A stretch of DNA of 64,000 nt. Source: Squalus acanthias. Taxonomy: Eukaryota. Shown piece after piece: positions 1 to 11,915 of the stretch. Location of the stretch: contig CM059450.1 of NCBI GenBank assembly GCA_030390025.1, positions 14,508,001-14,572,000 of the forward strand, in the 5' to 3' direction. A model generated the notes under the pieces. It ran no database searches and had not been told where the DNA came from. It was given only the letters and a program-made list of their open reading frames with translations. Each line of letters begins with the position of its first letter. Position 1 is the stretch's first letter. Both the position numbers and the translations under genes were made by a program.

Positions 1-520
1 CCGCTGCATAAAAAAAATTCTCCTCATCTTCCGTCTGGTTCTTTTGCCAATTATCTTAAATCTGTGTCCTCTGGTTACTGACCCTTCTGCCAGTGGAAAC
101 AGTTTCTCTATTTACTGTATCAAAACCCTTCACAATTTTGAGCACCTCTATTAAATCTCCCTTTAACTGTCTCAGCTTCTCCAGTCTCTCATCCCTGGCA
201 TAATTCTAGTAAATCTCTTCTGCACCCTCTCTAAGACCTTAACAACCTCCCTAAAGTGAGGTGCCCAGAATTGGACACGATACTCCAGCTATGGCCGAAC
301 CAGCGATTTATAAATTGAGAGCATAATTTCCTTGTTTTTGTGCTCTATGCCTCTATTTATAAAGCTAAGGATCCCGTATGCTTTTTTAACAGCCAGATCA
401 ACTTGTCCTGCCACCTTCAAAAAAGAGTCACATACAAGATTCACATACACAAAGGTATGTGAACCCCCAGGTCTCTCTGTTCCTGCACCCTCTTTAAAAT
501 TGTACCATTTAGCTTATATT
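1..520 (-). mobile_element. CR1-clade LINE 3' fragment (degenerate)
   Basis: Antisense CR1 ORF2 end (ctggagtatcgtgtccaattctgggcacctcactttagg = LEYRVQFWAPHFR); homologous to 7960-8060 and 8548-8630. Boundaries approximate. Confidence 0.75.
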
Positions 521-609
521 TGTTTATAGATAAATTAATAATAAATTAATAGCTATAATAAATTATATGGATTTTATGGATCTTTGCAGAAGAAAAATAT
601 AAAATATGA

Positions 610-987
610 TTATTTTTCCAATATAAAGCTCATCTTATTTGTTTGAATGAGAATACTCCCATTGCAGCAGAGCTTGAAACAGCTAAAGGAAAAAATAAAA
701 ATCGACTTGGGCAGATATATACATTTTATATATTCAACACCCACTGATAGGGATTCCCTCTCTCTAGTCCCATTAGCTGGAAGAGACTCCCAATTTGTCA
801 CATGGACATCCTTTGCTCCCATTACATGGAGGCTCCTGAAATGTCTCCTGCACAAGTGGTACGCACCAATGCCAAATGGCAGAACAGTTGTAGTTCTGAG
901 GGAATGGTTGGTGTACTTCTGGGAGAGTCTGGCAGCAATACTGATTTTAGGCATCATGCTTCTGAGATAATGGGGCCTTATGTCCAA
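610..987 (-). pseudogene. Partial duplicate of the module B YR catalytic segment
   Basis: 882-971 matches 2076-2165 at 87/90 nt (YLRSMMPKISIAARLSQKYTNHSLRTTTV); flanks diverge and the TGHRS..Y motif is absent. Confidence 0.7.
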
Positions 988-1587
988 CAGGGATGGCAGT
1001 TTAACTCCAGGTCCTTGTTGATATGTAAGAAAAGGCGGTATTGCATTTGCCTGAAGTCCATTTGCTGCACATCGCAGACCTCTGCGTACAACCAGTATTG
1101 CGCAACTAGCACTGCGTGTTCGATATTATATTATATTCAAACCAATGCAAAACGGAGCCACAAATTTTACTGCACTGTTGGCATGATGTGCCTAATTTAG
1201 TTTTTTCAGAAGCTCTATAATTAAAATACAGGTTTCACTGTAGCTGCATCCATCAATTACCATCCTGAATTGATATTCTCATCAAACTTTCTGCATTTTG
1301 ATTAGGGCTGTAACAAAGGTTCGGCATTTCAAAAGCACTGGTGGAGCAGCAAAGCTTTGGCGCTGCTTTTCCAGATCGCGACCTCCAAGTCTGCAGATTA
1401 TGCATCCGCTGTCGACTCCAAAACAGGTTCCCTGCTTCATCATCTTTGCTGTCCCCTTTTAAACAGGCAGGTTTTGAGCCAATGCAGATAAAGCAGGGAA
1501 CACTGGTTTTAGAATCAACCTTCTAAACTTTTTTTTAAAAATAGCCAACCTCTATTGATCAAAAGCTCAATTTAAAGAACCAATACT

Positions 1588-1593
1588 TTTATT
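1588..1593 (-). terminator. Candidate polyadenylation signal AATAAA for module B isoform
   Basis: Plus-strand tttatt at 1588-1593, about 180 nt downstream of the TGA at 1771-1773. Confidence 0.4.
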
Positions 1594-1770
1594 GACCCAT
1601 TCAGAGTCATGTTAAATACAACACTGAAATCGCAATACTATCATACTTTACGGCTGTTCATTTCAGAACTATATATATATATATATATTTTTCTTTTAAA
1701 ACAATACATTACTAATTTAAAATCTATTTTTGTGTGTAGCTTATTGAGTTAAGTTCACAGTACTACAAGT

Positions 1771-3170
1771 TCATGTTAGCGGTTCCTGCTTTATGACACA
1801 CTTCTGCAAGATGATCCCAGTACTTTGTCCGGAAACCTTGTTGGAATTTAAAGTCACTATGTTCCCTCTGGAAGATGAAGTTCCTGGTTGCGGTTCATGT
1901 ACTACAGAGCTCGGAGCTGTGTAAATGTAGTTGAATCCTGCATTGTCTAACATGTCGGACCAGGCCCGGTACTGAAATTCAGCAGCTCCCCAGTAGTTTC
2001 TAATACTGGATTCTGAACGGTGGCCAGTAAGTGCCATGATCTCCCGTGCTCCGAGGCCGGCGTCGCACAGGAGACGAACAGTTGTAGTTCTGAGGGAATG
2101 GTTGGTGTACCTCTGGGAGAGTCTGGCAGCAATACTGATTCTAGGCATCATGCTTCCGAGATAATTTACTCCCATTGGCTCCCGCTTATACCAGACAGAT
2201 TGTTCTCGTAACTGCTCTGGCGTCAATTTTAGAGGGTGAAGGTAGAAAGCAGGAGGGTCTGGTGGCAGCTTGGATATATAAAGTTCAAGGGAGGTGACTG
2301 GGCAGTTTACATCTCCTGGCATATCGTACATCCGACCCAGTTTCAATGGGTCCTCACGGCTTCTACTTTTCCCAGTATATTTCAGCATTGCATAGCGTCG
2401 TCCATTGGGATCTCGCTTAATAACAAAAGCGTCCGGAGGGAGGTCCCGAAGGATTTCCCGTCCACGCTTGGCAAAGTGCAACTGCAGGTCAAACCAGACT
2501 TTGTTCACAAGTGCAAGGGGTGTGTGAAGTCCCAGGACACCAGAGGTTCTGATCTTTCGGAGGTCGGCCGCATTAATCGGGGGGTGGTGGTTTGTTTCAT
2601 CCTTCCCTTGCTTTCTTAGTATCTTAAGCACACCCAAAAACACATTATTGGCACTGCTGAATTCCTTATCCTGCATCAGGCAGATCTGCCGGCTGTGAGG
2701 AGGCATCTTAAGGTGCCTGTTTAAACCAGCCCGGATGGATTTGTAACTGGAAATGCTATAGGTGTTACCGTCATGATTCCTCACCGTGCCATAAAATTCT
2801 CTCAAAATACTATTAAGTTCTTCCACTGACATAGTTTCAAATTTTTCATCTCTGCCCTTTTCAATCAGCCACTGTTTTAGGATATTCACTGCCCAGTCTG
2901 TCTGCTTGCGAGTGTTCTTCTCGTTGCGCTCTTCCTCAAGCCCAATTAGATCCTCCTCGGTCACAGTAACGTGCCGCCTGGCTCCGTCTAAAAGCTCGTC
3001 GCTGGCAATTTGCTCCTCTGTCATTTGGTCCTCAAAACTTAGCAGTGTGTTGCCATCGAAAATGCCATAGGTGTAGAGTGGGGAGTGAGACGCTGTTTTT
3101 TCGGACAGCTGTGAATTGCGGAGTAATACGTAATGTTTTGATATAATGCTTAAAAATTTTTTTTTTAAAA
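1771..3170 (-). CDS. Module B: Crypton-type tyrosine recombinase (KCTD1-DUF3504-like lineage) with catalytic residues retained; putative alternative terminal exon of ATF7IP (internal ATG at 3024 gives the 417-aa ORF)
   Basis: Motifs NTRKQTDWAV, LREFYGTVR..DG..YS, SIRAGLNRHL..PP, TPLALVNKVWF, KRGRE, RMY..PG...CPV, WYKREPMGVNYLG, YTNHSLRTT, TGHRSESSIRNY. The frame is open upstream of the ATG to a phase-1 acceptor ggattattttgtttAG|TT at 3170, matching the phase-1 donor at 9609. Confidence 0.88.
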
Positions 3171-4486
3171 CTAAACAAAATAATCCAGCAGGTGGCGTTC
3201 GTTATTAAGGTTTCCGCAGAGGTGTGCCAATATTCAATAGCGCACACCCTATTAACCAATCACTTTCACACATTACAAACCATGGCATTACATGTTGTCA
3301 CACAATAAATAGCAGAAAGACACAAGTTTGCTTTCAGTTTGAAAAAAAATGTAACGCTAAATCTCTCTTGTAGCTACCAGACCTTTCAACTATTGAGACA
3401 TTTGACATAGCAAAAAACCAAAATAGATAAAAGACACATCAATTTCATGTATGTATTCTCTAGAAGAACTGGAAAAACTTTAGTGCTGAAGAGAATCTGT
3501 AATAGAAATCGGAAAAGGCTTACAAGCTATGGAAAACGAACCTTGACCGACTGAACAACTTCCGTTTCTGCGCTGTGACGCGCTGGAGCGACGAGCTACC
3601 TGGATGCAGAATTTAAGCCGTTGAAAGTGTGTGGCATGGCAGCTGTGTGTGTGTGTGTGCATCCCGTCAGGACACTCCACTCAGTTGAAGGTTTCTGAAA
3701 ACTTTTGACGGCAACTCTTTTTGAGGACTGGATGCAGCCACATTCAAGTTGTGCTAATGAGTGCTGTTTTATTTACAGAATCTTTCCAGTTTATTTAGAG
3801 AATGCACAAAAAAGTTAGCAATTTCCTCCCCCCACCCCCTCTCTCCCCACCCAAGTGTATTTTTGTTTGTTTTAAACCCAAGCCCTCCTCAGGGATGCTT
3901 TGCACCATTCTCTTCTTTCTGGTGAGGGTAAAGATGTAGATACACAACATAATACAGACGCTACAGTTCCCCCCCCCCCCCCCCCCCCCCTTATTACATC
4001 TCTTTGGGTATTTGTGGAAGGTCTCACAGCACTTATCGTCTCAAATTCTATACTGAGGCATTCTTTAATTTTAATACAAAAGAAGTCCCCGAAACACAAT
4101 TAAACTTTGTGGCTTTAACTCTTTCTGGCAAGGTGCTCTGTAGATTTTGGAAAAAAGGCAGATTTGCTAATGAAAGGGTTAATTATATTATAATCCACTT
4201 TCAGTGGAAACGTTAACTTTAAGCAGAACAATATTACCCCTTACTTAGAGAGCTTTACTGGGCAAGGGTAACAAGGTGATCCATGACTGACTAACTTATG
4301 AGAAAGGAACAAGGTGAAGACCAGGTTGATCATTCTCCTGTACAAACAGCAACCACGTTCTACCCAAAGGGATAACTGTATTATTTCACCAACTGCACCT
4401 GGTCGGTAGAGACAAAGAGAGAGACTACAGTGGACTATCCCGGTGGTATGACGTGCAGTGATATACGTGCTGTACCCACCTGGTTG

Positions 4487-4500
4487 CCACTAGGTGGTGC
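4487..4500 (+). promoter_or_regulatory. CTCF-like motif
   Basis: ccactaggtggtgc is close to the CTCF core CCASYAGRKGGCRS; motif match only. Confidence 0.3.
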
Positions 4501-5452
4501 TTTCTTAGTGGCCGCTGACTCTCCTGGAACTGAGATAGGATGTCTCTGGGTGGCCTGGCTGAAGCTGTTCTCTGTTAATGGAATAGAAGCAATTCATTTA
4601 ACATTTCAGTTTGATGCGAGGAAAACAATTTAAAAAAAAAGTTGAGCTCCAAAGCTTCCTTTCAGCGGATCTTTGGTCCCAATGTCCACTTATTTCAATC
4701 TCTGGATTGAAGCTACCCCACACACTGCTGCAAGTTTAATCTTTCCACCAGCTGCAATAACGACCTAAGTTTTAGAATGAGTCCCGAGCACCTGGGGTTT
4801 CGTACAACCCCAACACAAGATTAGCAGGTGTGCATCAGAAGTCAGTAACACATCTAGAGATTGACATATTATTAACCATGAGCTTTAAACTAGCACAGCT
4901 GTCACTGTCATTGCATTCTCAAGTTCCCATCTGGGCTGACACTGCAACCTGCAGACAGATCAATCTAAATTTCAAAAGCTTCCTAAGTCGCTGCAGAGTT
5001 TCTATTTTGATCTATATCTACACGCAGAAGGCGTTATTAAATATAGAATTTATTTGAGGAAGAGAGAAGTAAAATGATGAAAACATAAATACACGGAGTA
5101 GATTCTGTTAAAACAACAGGCGCAGTAACAGGAGGTGGCTGTATTTTATGAAGTGTTATTTTAGTCTGGGCTACTGTAAAATGCAGAAGCAGTTTTAATA
5201 TCCCCATGTCATTATGCTAAGCAGCTTTCAACATTTACCTCAAGATTTTATCTTTTTTGAAAACTATCTTTGGATATTAAAAGCAGAGACTATAGTCAGT
5301 TACAGCATCTCCTGTAGTGCTCCCAAAGCTGGAGGATGCATTGTTTTGTAAGGTTGGAGTTTACCACACATAGTGCACAGTATTATTATGCTGCTGAAGT
5401 GTAGGAATGTGTCGCTTTAAGGCTACGAGGTATAATTGTTCTGCATTCTTAG

Positions 5453-6553
5453 ACTCTCAGTGAGATCATCCAAAAACACAATGTCAGAATCCACATGTAC
5501 ACGGACAACACCAGGCTCTACTTCACCACCACTGCTCTGGACAACTTCACTGCCTCGGATTTGTCACACTGCTTGTCTGACATCCAGTAGTGGATGAGCA
5601 GAAATGTCTTCCAATTATATACCGGGAAGACCAAACACATCGTCTTCGGTCCCTGTCGCAATCTCCGTGCTCTAGCCACTGGCTCCATCCCCCTCCCTGG
5701 CTGAGGTTGAAACAGACTGTTCGCAGCCTCAGTGTCCTATTTGACCCCGAGCTGAGCTTCCAATTAAATATTGGGAAGGTCAAAGCCATTGCCTTCAGTC
5801 CCCATGACAAACTCCGTTCCTTAGCCACCGACTCCATCCCACTCCCTGGCTACTGTCCGAGGCTGAAACAGACTGTTCGCGACCTTGGCGTCCTATTTGA
5901 AGCTGAGCTTCCGACCCCATATCCACGTCATCACCAAGACCGCCTACCTCCACTTCCACAACATCGCGAATCTCCGTTCCTGCCCATCTGCTGCTGAAAC
6001 CCTCATCCATGCATTTGTTACCTCCAGACTCAACTATTCCAATGTTCTCCTGGCTGGCATCTCACCTACCACCCTCCGTAAACTTGAGCTCATGCAAGAC
6101 TAGGCTGTCCGTATCCTAAACTCACGCCAAATCCCACTCACTGACCTACACTGGCTCCTGGTCTGGCAAAAATTCTCATCCTTGCTTTCAAATCCCTCAA
6201 TGGCTTTGCCCCTCCCTATTCTCTCTAACCTCCTCCAGCCTACAACCCTCCTAGATCGCTGCGCTCCTCCAATTCTGGCCTCTTGTGTATCCCCTGATTT
6301 TAATCGCTCCACCATTGGTGGCCGTGCCTTCAGCTTCCTAGGCCCTAAGCTCTGGAATTTCCTCCCTAAATCTCACCGCCTCTCTCTCACCTCCTCTAAG
6401 ACGTTCCTTAAAACCTACATCTTTCACTAAGTTTTGGGCCACCTGTCCCAATATCTCTGTGCGGCTTGCTGTCAAAATTTGTCTTCTAGCGCTCCTATGA
6501 AGCACCTCGGGATGTATTACTACGTTAAAGACGCTATATAAATGCAAGTTGTT
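5453..6553 (+). mobile_element. L2-clade LINE 3' fragment with an internal ~150-bp duplication
   Basis: Degenerate RT C-terminus (HMYTDNTRLY ~ YADDTQLY; AETLIHAFVTSRLNYSNVLLAG; GGRAFSFLGPKLWN); tail gacgctatataaatgcaagttgtt; 5611-5760 repeats at 5761-5910. Confidence 0.85.
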
Positions 6554-7756
6554 TCAAGAAAAATTTGCATATGAGCCAAGTGGCTGCAAGAAATTTACCT
6601 ATAAATACATGCGACAGGATGAGAGGAAATGGACACATGTACCATGTTGATACACTAGTAGATTTCCTGTGTCATTGCTCGCTGTACACCGCATATGATA
6701 TGTTTTATGATGACATGAATGCTCTACTGTATAATGCACAATGTATTATTCTGCTGCTACGGTGGAGCTGTGTTTAAGCTAACTTGTCCCTTTAAGGCCA
6801 GAGAGTCCAAGTAAAGAGAGCCTGACGTCACTCAGACTTTAATTACTATAATCAAATTTTGCAAATTGCAGCCAAGAAGCAACCAGCCTGCTGTACCATT
6901 CTGAATATATTGCAGCACATCTCCCATGGTATTGGTCAGAGTAAGTGGGATAATACACTGTTTTACAAGGATGTGAATTTTATATCATGTAATGTGTAAC
7001 ATATTATTCTGGTAAGGCGGTGTCCCTTAAAGGTAACAGAACCCCAATTGTTAAGAAATCGCAAGCTCAGGTTACTCAGCTCAACAGTTTGGTCAGAGAA
7101 CTTTGTAAATGTTAAAGTGCTGCCCAGGTTCAGCTTCACATCAGAAACACCCAGAATTAATAACTGCCTTTTTTTGCCTGTTTTTGGGAAAGATTCTTTT
7201 CACCTGCAACAAAGTGACATATAATAACTTGGTCACGCAAGCTGGTTCAAATTTCTCAAGTGTCAGCACGGAACAATAAATCGTCTTTCTCTCTCTCTCT
7301 CACCTGTTGACCTGGTGGTTTCCAGTATTCCCTGTTTTTGTTTGATTTCTAATACCTATTGTATCCCCGCTTTATTGGCACTCCTACTATTACACCTTTA
7401 TGCTACTGACAATCAAAGTACATTTCAGTGCACAGCAGGAGGTTGGTATGCCTGAACCGAAGGGTTAATGTAAGCCAAGTTAACTGCTAGTTACAGAGGT
7501 GCTCTCACGACATCCTTTCTTTCCTGAACTGCCAATTTTATCAAGGTGCTAATGAGTCACAAAAGTAGAAGTTTAGGCTAGCACTATGGCAATTTTAAGG
7601 AAGAAAACAGAATTTATCCAACTCACGTTTGGGGGGGGCGGGGGGCACTTTTTAAAGTTGGAATTTCCAATTTGAGAGTTTACTTGTTAGAATTCCAGTA
7701 TCTCAGTCCTCTACCACATACAGAAAGACAATAAACTGCTCCTGTGACTTTATACA

Positions 7757-8632
7757 TCATAGAATCATACAGCACAGAAGAACACTATTTGGCCCATCAT
7801 GCCTGTGCCGGTTCTTTGAAAGAGCTCTCCAATTAGTCCCGCTCCCCCGCATAGCCCTAAACATTTCTCCTTTTCAAGTATATATCCAAATCCCATTTGA
7901 ATGTTACTTTTGAATCAGCTTTAACAACCTTTTCAGGCAATGCATTCCAGATCATCATAACTCGCTGTGAAAATTTTCTTCTCATTTCCCCCCTGGATTT
8001 TTTTGCCAATTACCTTAAATCTATGACCTCTGGTTACTGACCCCTTCTGCCACTGGAAATAGAGTAAAGAAAGAAAGACTTGCATTTATATAGCACCTTT
8101 CACGACCACTGGATGTCTCAAAGTGCTTTACAGCCAATGAAGTACTTTTGAAGTGGAGTCACTGTTGTAATGTGGGAAACGCGGCAGCCAATTTGCGCAC
8201 AGCAAGCTCCCACAAACAGCAACGTGATAATGACCAGATAATCTGTTTTTGTGATGTTGGTTGAGGGATAAATCTTGGCCAGGACACCGGGGATAACTCC
8301 CCTGCTCTTCTTCGAAAAAGTGCCATGGGATCTTTTACATCCACCTGAGAGAGCAGACGGGGCCTCAGGTTTAACGTCTCATCTGAAAGACGGCACCTCC
8401 GACAGTGCGGCACTCCCTCAGTACTGCACTGGGAGTGTCAGCCTAGCTTTATTTGCTCAAGTCTCTGTAATGGGACTTGAACCTACAACCTTCTGACTCA
8501 GAGGCGAGTGTGCTACCCACTGAGCCACAGCTGAGTAAATAGAGAAACTATCAAAACCCTTCATAATTTTGAGCACCTCTGTTAAATCTCCCCTCAACCT
8601 TCTCTGCTCTGAGGAGAGCAACCCCAGCTTCT
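7757..8632 (-). mobile_element. CR1-clade LINE 3' fragment interrupted by a SINE
   Basis: catagaatcatacagcacagaag tail in antisense; sequence homologous to 1-190 continues on both sides of the SINE. Confidence 0.7.
8066..8533 (-). mobile_element. tRNA-derived Deu-domain SINE (SacSINE1/AmnSINE-like), full length
   Basis: A box TGGCTCAGTGG and B box GGTTCAAGTCC at the 5' end; Deu-like core (gatgtaaaagatcccatggcact...gaagaagagcagggga); L2-type tail with (ttct)n; possible TSD gagtaaa at 8062 and 8533. Confidence 0.85.
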
Positions 8633-9608
8633 CACATCAGGGAGATCCCATTTTCCTGCTCATTCCTCATATCCTTTAATATTTTTCCTGAATTCCCTCC
8701 TAATAATCATGATTGACTGGGCCTCAGTAGCCACTTGTGGTAAGGTATTCCATATTCTAATTACCCATTCTACTTACACAGCATGTGGTAATGAAGCTGG
8801 TAGATACATGGATAAACATTTCCTCCTGAATCCCATCCCACCAAACTGGGAATTTAGTGTGATGGGTGTTTACTGCTCAGTTACTACTACCATAAAAGCT
8901 GTCAGCGTGACGTTGAGACACTTATTTTTTTTTTAAAAAGACAGCAAATTAACTCCCATTTTCCCTATAGAAACCCACTGGGAAGCAACCGTACGAGTCT
9001 CACCTACTCATTGCCCAGTCCACAAGACTCGCTTGTTTGAACCATGGATGGATTTCTGTTACATTAAACAATGAAGTGTCTTTTTTTTAAAAAAAAGACA
9101 AAATGCTTCTTTTTTTTGTCTCCGATTGAATTGTTAATCATATTCCCTCACCCCAAACTTTGCAATGTGCTATTATTCTAAAATGCAATGGAATAAATGT
9201 AGTGCTAGAGCTAGCAGCATTCAGATTCGAAACAAAAGCACTTTCATTTCCCCCCTTTTCTTTCTAGTAACAGTTTCATAAACTGGGATTTAGGTTTATT
9301 GCAGCCCCGTTAATACTTTTAATTGAGACTTACTTGTACTTTAGTAGATTTGTGTTTACGTTTTTCCCAAGTGAGACGAGGCCCTCAATGTTTCAATAAG
9401 CCTCTGCGTAAAACTCCTTCTCATAACTCAAATCCCATGCCCCACAACTAGCATTCACAGATTTACTGATGGCAAAAGGCAGGCAACACAACATAAACAT
9501 ACTAAATATCTTTGCTACATAATATGTAAGCAATTACATTACCAAACATTGCTGAACAAAGAACACTTCAGTTTGAACGCGCACGGTTGCATGTGATTCT
9601 TCACTTAC

Positions 9609-10289
9609 CTGCTCTGGAGGTTCCTGCATTGGTGCTGTCTGAACTGGCTGTTAATGGCTGAGCTGACGATCCGGAGACTTGCCCCTGGCTGTAAGTCTGT
9701 GAAGGCCTTGGCTGTATTGCCGGCCTAGTATTAGGAGGGCTAAAATGTCCTGGGGCAATCAAAGATTGCTGTGCTGTCCGGGAAATCTGGGGTGAAAGAA
9801 TAGGCTGAGTACTGGTCACAGAAGCAGTCTGACTGGAAACAGCACTGCTTATCTGCATTGACCCCATACTTGCAGGGGACTTCCTTTGGACTCCTGGGCT
9901 TGGCAAGGAAGGACTAGCACCATTTGCTTTTGCTACATTCGCCGATAGCTGCGATGCAAGTGGCTTGGAGAGGTTGTTAAGCGTGGGTTGGGATTGAACA
10001 GGTAAAAACTCAATTCCAGGTTGCTGGCTGGTCATCAAGGTGTTTGCCGAGGCTTGCAGGAGCTGAGGTTGGGAAGACATTGCCACTGGAACTGTAAGCA
10101 ATACTGGCACTGACTGGAGAGATACTGGCATAGGCTGGCTACTGCCGGAGGCTGGCAGCGACTGATTGGTTCCGACCACGGCTGCAGTTGCTGGGAGCAC
10201 AGGAGTGACCACAGCACCAGACGACCCTGTGTTCTGAGGTTTGGTCTGTCCGCCAACTACCTGAGGAGGTGTGAAGTTTGTAACAATAC
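9609..10289 (-). CDS. ATF7IP: ATF7IP Ser/Pro/Thr/Gln-rich exon
   Basis: SLQSVPVLLTVPVAMSSQPQLLQ, IEFLPVQS and PSLPSPGVQR match ATF7IP SLQPLPVILHVPVAVSSQPQLLQ / VEFISVQS / PSVPSPSIQR. Acceptor gttttactgttgcAG, donor GCAG|GTAAGT; 681 nt, phase 1/1. Confidence 0.92.
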
Positions 10290-10976
10290 CTGCAACAGTA
10301 AAACATCCTTTGATTAGAAACTGTAAATAGAAATATTTTATTTTTTTGCACTCCTCCCCAACTTCTCATTTGGGGTCCTAATCATGTTCACATAATGGCC
10401 AACAACCAAGTGGGTTGGGCAAGTCTGGTGTGCAGATTACACTGCGACCGCCTTCAATACGACTGATGTTAAGGGGATGCAATACAACAGGGTCAACTGA
10501 GCTCTGTGGTACAATCCTTTGGTTCACCAATGTGCTACACGATAGGGCAGTAGGATGTAGATTTAATGATGTGCCGACATACTGAGGCTCCACTAGGCGC
10601 CAGTAGGTACTGATGCTTGCCCAGGGGGTGTGAAGAGAGCGAGGCAAGCCATTTCACTATTCCACACCTACTAGTGACGATAACACAGCAGCACTGGCAA
10701 AGCTCATTGAACTAAAGTGAAGACGACATTTTAAAAATATGTTTATATCTTTGATGGATATGTACTGGCAATTTGCCAGATTACTTTTTGATAAACTTGC
10801 AGCAACAACATCCTACTCTTGTCTGGATGCCATCCTACATCAACATGGAATGCATAGGCTGTTAATGCGAGTAGAACAAAAATTAATTTGCAAGTTCATA
10901 CAATCCTCAATTAAACAAATTTAAAAATGGCAGCTTAGGGTTTTACAGTAATATTCTGTAGCTTCCAGTTCTTCCA

Positions 10977-11400
10977 GGGCAACACGGTGGCATAGTGGTT
11001 AGCACTGGTGCTTCACAGTGCCAGGGACCCGGGTTCAAATCTGACCTCGGGTGACTGTCTGTGTGGAGTTTGCACATTCTCCCCGTGTCTGCGTGGGTTT
11101 CCTCCGGGTGCTCCGGTTTCCTCCCACAGTCCAAAAATGTGCGGGTTAGGTTGATTTGGCTATGATAAATTGACCCTTAGTGTTAGGGGGGGATTAAATA
11201 TGGGGATAGGATGGGATATGTTAGGAGGAATTAAATACGTGGGGTTACGGGGGTAGGGTGGGATATGTGTACTGTGGGGATTAAAGCAGGGGACAGGGTA
11301 CTGGATTTGGATGATCAGCCATGATCGTATTGAATGGTGGAGCAGGCTCGACGGGCCGAATGGCCTACTCCTGCTCCTAGATTCTATGTTTCTATGTTTC
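10977..11400 (+). mobile_element. HE1-type V-SINE
   Basis: tRNA-like head (ggtggcatagtggttagc...gggttcaaatc), V domain (gtgtggagtttgcacattctccccgtgtctgcgtgggtttcctccgggtgctccggtttcctcccaca), CR1-type tail gggccgaatggcctactcctgctcc(tatgtttc)n. Confidence 0.9.
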
Positions 11401-11826
11401 TCTCTTCCCCTCCCAGGGTAGTACACTTACCAACACTCGACCCAGCTGCCCGAATGGAAGTGACAAAACTAAGTTAAGCTAGTTGGATTGCAACTAAGTT
11501 AAGCTAGTTGCAAAGCAAACAGCTCGAGGACTTGAACTACTGGTTCAAAGACAAGGGAAATGAAGGGGCTGAAATTCCTCTTCTGAGAAACAGCAGAATT
11601 CCCATTTTTCTTTAATTAATCGCTAATAGAATTATATTCTCATAAATCGAATATTTCAAAGCCACATGTTCCTGTGGTGTAATTAGCAGGTATGGGGGAG
11701 GGGGCAGCAGGAGAGAAATCACAGGCACTTTCTGCATTTTTATTAAAAGAGGATCTGATGCTGTTAATATAGTTAAAAAGTACTATGGAACTTCATTATA
11801 AATTGCAATACATTTTTTGTAAGTAC

Positions 11827-11915
11827 CTGTATTACTGGAGTTTGCAGAGTGCTGGGCTGATGCTACACTGTCTGCCATATTTCTTCGTAAGTCCAGCATC
11901 TGCCTTACTGTTCCA
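11827..11915 (-). CDS. ATF7IP: ATF7IP exon (SGTVRQMLDLRRNMADSVASAQHSANSSNT)
   Basis: Matches ATF7IP AGTVRQMLESKRN. Acceptor ttttgtgtttttcAG, donor CAG|GTACTT; 89 nt, phase 2 to 1. Confidence 0.9.

Noticed and set aside
1594-3700. Module B as an autonomous, active Crypton element
   Set aside because: No terminal repeats recognised; the only candidate is a 7-bp inverted pair ggtgtgc/gcacacc at 3221-3248, too short to support. The phase-matched acceptor favours exonisation. Not fully excluded without a copy-number search.
3968-3990. Numerous long poly-C/poly-G runs across the window
   Set aside because: Simple homopolymers common in this genome type; lengths may be sequencing-dependent and no specific function can be supported.
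4235-4400. Strong-looking minus-strand acceptor (tctctctctttgtctctaccgaccAG) followed by an open phase-1 frame
   Set aside because: The peptide has no resemblance to ATF7IP or YRs, and the nearest donor would be phase 2, incompatible with module B.
5108-5121. 14-nt exact inverted match (ttaaaacaacaggc) to the module A repeat region
   Set aside because: Matches of this length are expected by chance in 64 kb of AT-rich sequence.
8460-8533. tRNA-like sequences here and at 10977 and 52306
   Set aside because: They are SINE heads continuous with SINE bodies and tails, not tRNA genes.
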